DNA of 37,392 nt from a virus (lineage: Duplodnaviria > Caudoviricetes), in IMG/VR virus record IMGVR_UViG_3300028612_000777, positions 1 to 37,392 of that record; one strand, 5' to 3'. Under the pieces are notes generated by a model. That model did not search any database, was not told the DNA's origin, and saw only the letters and a program-made list of their open reading frames with translations. Made by a program: the position numbers and the translations under genes. This document shows, piece after piece, positions 36,897-37,392 of the stretch (within the stretch, counting starts at the first letter, position 1; the number at the start of each line of letters is the position of its first letter).

Positions 36897-37392
36897 ATGG
36901 CACATTACGAATTATACATCTGTCTGACAAAGGCAACTTATGAATCAGCAGTACCAAGCGTACTCCAGCCCAAATTAGGGTGGGATGAGTACACCTACAA
37001 AGATGTAGATAAGACTGGAACAAGAATGGTGCAACTTACCGTATCACATGATAATAGCACAAAGGCTGAAATCAAAACCTATATGGACACGTATTCGATA
37101 GAGTACAATTCAGGTGATACTAAGCAAGACCTGATTGATAAGACAATGATTTGGCAACTTGATAACGGTATTCCAAGCGAAGAAGAATCATATGAGTACA
37201 CAGAAAACGTAGTAGATACCACTACTACCATTACTCCCACATGGAAAGAAAGTGCCTTCAAGGGCAAATTAGGCGCACCCAGAGTCAAACCTGACGGTAG
37301 TCTGGTAATTGTAAAGGGTGAGTTCAGTATGCTTACAGGAGAATTATCGGCTATGAAAGATTTAGGGAATGATATGGATTATCCCAACAATT
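36897..37392 (+). CDS. 5' part of the origin-spanning hypothetical protein (ends at 457)
   Basis: AAGGA upstream of ATG 36897; MAHYELYICLTKATYESAVPS... stays open to the window end and is in frame with ORF 26..457. Confidence 0.8.
   Translation, partial: MAHYELYICLTKATYESAVPSVLQPKLGWDEYTYKDVDKTGTRMVQLTVSHDNSTKAEIKTYMDTYSIEYNSGDTKQDLIDKTMIWQLDNGIPSEEESYEYTENVVDTTTTITPTWKESAFKGKLGAPRVKPDGSLVIVKGEFSMLTGELSAMKDLGNDMDYPNN
37001..37392. repeat. Terminal direct repeat / circular overlap, copy 2
   Basis: Matches 1-392 with 6 substitutions. Confidence 0.97.

Noticed and set aside
79-37288. Minus-strand ORFs in the track (e.g. 23602-24207, 27292-27960, 29461-29943)
   Set aside because: All lie antisense to + strand genes and show no recognisable motifs; treated as shadow ORFs

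Overview
The window looks like one complete, circularly permuted ~37.0-kb tailed dsDNA phage genome: bases 37001-37392 repeat bases 1-392 with 6 substitutions. Every credible gene is on the + strand. Gene order: lysis cassette (membrane proteins and a T4-type lysozyme); an AT-rich control region; an early block (Xis-like HTH, YqaJ exonuclease, RecT, RusA, GIY-YIG, replication initiator); packaging and head genes (TerS, TerL, portal, scaffold, major capsid); podovirus-like adaptor and nozzle; three putative ejection proteins, one of 2986 aa; and two modular LamG-repeat fibre proteins. I found no integrase, CI-like repressor, DNA polymerase, reverse transcriptase, tRNA or CRISPR. The most notable unannotated signal is a candidate attenuation system. 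A 47-aa YezD/DUF2292-like ORF missed by the ORF track sits just before an antiterminator/terminator RNA switch ahead of the capsid genes, and a second copy of the same RNA motif lies ahead of the fibre genes. Other leads are 10-bp-phased boxes shared by the early and late promoters, a dif-like site where attP would be expected, and HhH-glycosylase-like and degenerate zincin domains in the giant protein. All calls come from motifs read by eye; no database searches were run.
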